Below the pieces are notes generated by a model. The model did not search any database, was not told the origin of the DNA, and was given only the letters and a program-made list of their open reading frames with translations. 64,000 bases of DNA, from positions 132,084,653-132,148,652 of the forward strand of contig NC_052162.1 in assembly GCF_902713615.1 (NCBI RefSeq). Reading direction: 5' to 3'. Source of the stretch: Scyliorhinus canicula. Lineage: Eukaryota. The translations under genes and the position numbers were made by a program. This document shows positions 62,652 to 64,000 of the stretch, one piece after another. Within the stretch, counting starts at the first letter, position 1, and each line of letters begins with the position of its first letter.

Positions 62652-63098
62652 TGTGGTGATATGCATCACTGTAAATACACAAGGGGTTAATGTAAATACA
62701 CTACGACTAAGTAAACACTAAAGGGAGCACCAGAGCCGTCATGACATGCAGACATTCAGCTAATGAACACCTAGAATAGGACACGACCAATGGGCAGTCA
62801 AGACACCCAGAGGTGACACTACCACAAGGGGGCATAACACAACCCATATATAAGTACAGGGCACACATGCCCTGTCTCTTTCCATAGGTGACACTTAGAG
62901 AGTAGGACAGGGGCAGATCAGAAGCATCACACCCACCACGTGGCTGAAAGCAGACTCGTTAGTTAGACTGAGTTACTACAGCAAGATTAGCAGGAGAGTC
63001 GAACTCGTGGGGAACTGTGCTGATGGTTCAATAAATCACACTGAACTTACTTCAACGTCTGGAGTATCTTTTGGTCAAAGCTGCATCGAGTTGCAGCA
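62652..63098 (+). mobile_element. 3'-truncated LTR
   Basis: Starts TGTGGTGATATG, TATATAA near 62846, AATAAA at 63030. No 3' CA or TSD found. Confidence 0.6.
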
Positions 63099-63619
63099 GC
63101 GACGTGGTCTGCACAACCTTCTGTGGTACAGAATTGATAGATACCAATTCAGTCAAGACGCTTAGTTGTGAACCGATGCTTTAATAGACATAGACATAGA
63201 ACATATAGTGCTTGATTGGTCCTCCTTACACCAACCCTCCACCACCGACGAGCAGTGGCAGCCTTGTGTACCATCTACAAGATGACCTTCAGCAACTCAC
63301 CAAGATTCCTCAGACAGCACCTTCAAAGCCCACGACCACTACCATCTTGAAGGACAAGAGCAGCAGATACTTTGGAACCCCACCACCTGGAGGTTCCATT
63401 CCAAGTCACTCACCACCCCGACTTGGAAAGATATCGCCGTTGCTTCACTGTCGTTGGGGCAGCATCCTGAAACTCCCTCCCTAACAGCACTGTGGGTGTA
63501 CCTACACCTCAGGGACTGCAACGGTTCAAGAATGCAACTCATCACCATGTCCTGAAGGACAACTAGGGGTGGGCAATAAATGCTCGCCTAACCAGCAATG
63601 CCCACATCCCGTAAATGAA

Positions 63620-63812
63620 TTTCAAAAACACCTGGAGTATTGTGTGCAGTTTTGGTGTCCTTATCTGAAGAAGGATGCTCTTGCTATGGAGGGAGTTCAG
63701 CAAAGGTTTACCAGGCTGATTCCTGGGATGGCGGGACTGTCATATGAGGAGGGTCTAAACTGGTTCGATTAAATTGATTTGAGTTTAGAAGAGTGAGAGG
63801 GAAGTCTCATAG
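63620..63812 (+). mobile_element. CR1 RT C-terminal fragment
   Basis: HLEYCVQFWCPYLKKDALAMEGVQQRFTRLIPGMAGLSYEE. Confidence 0.85.
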
Positions 63813-64000
63813 AAATATCCCTTTCCTCCAATTCTTCAACTCATTAAATGATGAGCAGAACTGAATCACTGAAAGTTTCCAGATGTTACACATTTTAATT
63901 TACATTTCCAGAAGGTGAGTGGGGACCAAAAGCACAGGATTCCCACCCACCCATTGTCGAGGTCGACTGTCCCTTATCCAGATAAATCACTCTGACTGAA
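63813..64000 (+). pseudogene. Remnant of a paralogous GPCR 3' end (last 12 codons and 3' UTR)
   Basis: KYPFPPILQLIK* versus KYPFTPILQLIK* of the intact gene. The following 3' UTR aligns with 62268 onward (TGATGAG...CTGAATCACT...GTTTCCAGA...CACATTTCCAGAAGG versus TACATTTCCAGAAGG). Confidence 0.85.

Overview
Vertebrate genomic DNA, almost certainly from a shark (cartilaginous fish): it carries a cluster-type IgH locus, CR1 LINEs with an esterase ORF1, and HE1-type SINEs. The minus strand at 5.75-8.77 kb holds an unrearranged immunoglobulin heavy-chain cluster (leader, V, three D, one J, all RSSs identifiable) that looks like IgW; no constant exon was found in the window. A two-exon class A GPCR of the GPR139/GPR142-like type lies on + at 54.0-62.3 kb, with a remnant of a paralogue's 3' end at 63.8 kb. 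The rest is repeats: a near-full-length CR1 split by a second CR1 that has an internal inversion, a 3'-truncated Gmr1-type Gypsy element (integrase before RT), solo LTRs, Harbinger pieces and MITEs, SINEs, a Penelope-type hairpin containing a minimal hammerhead ribozyme, and several minisatellites. The most striking observation is a 13.8-kb satellite at 33.6-47.4 kb whose 49-bp monomer contains a heptamer-12 bp-nonamer motif resembling a V(D)J 12-RSS, about 25 kb upstream of the V segment. There is one 133-bp N gap. Element families are assigned from recognisable motifs, not database searches, and boundaries of degraded repeats are approximate.
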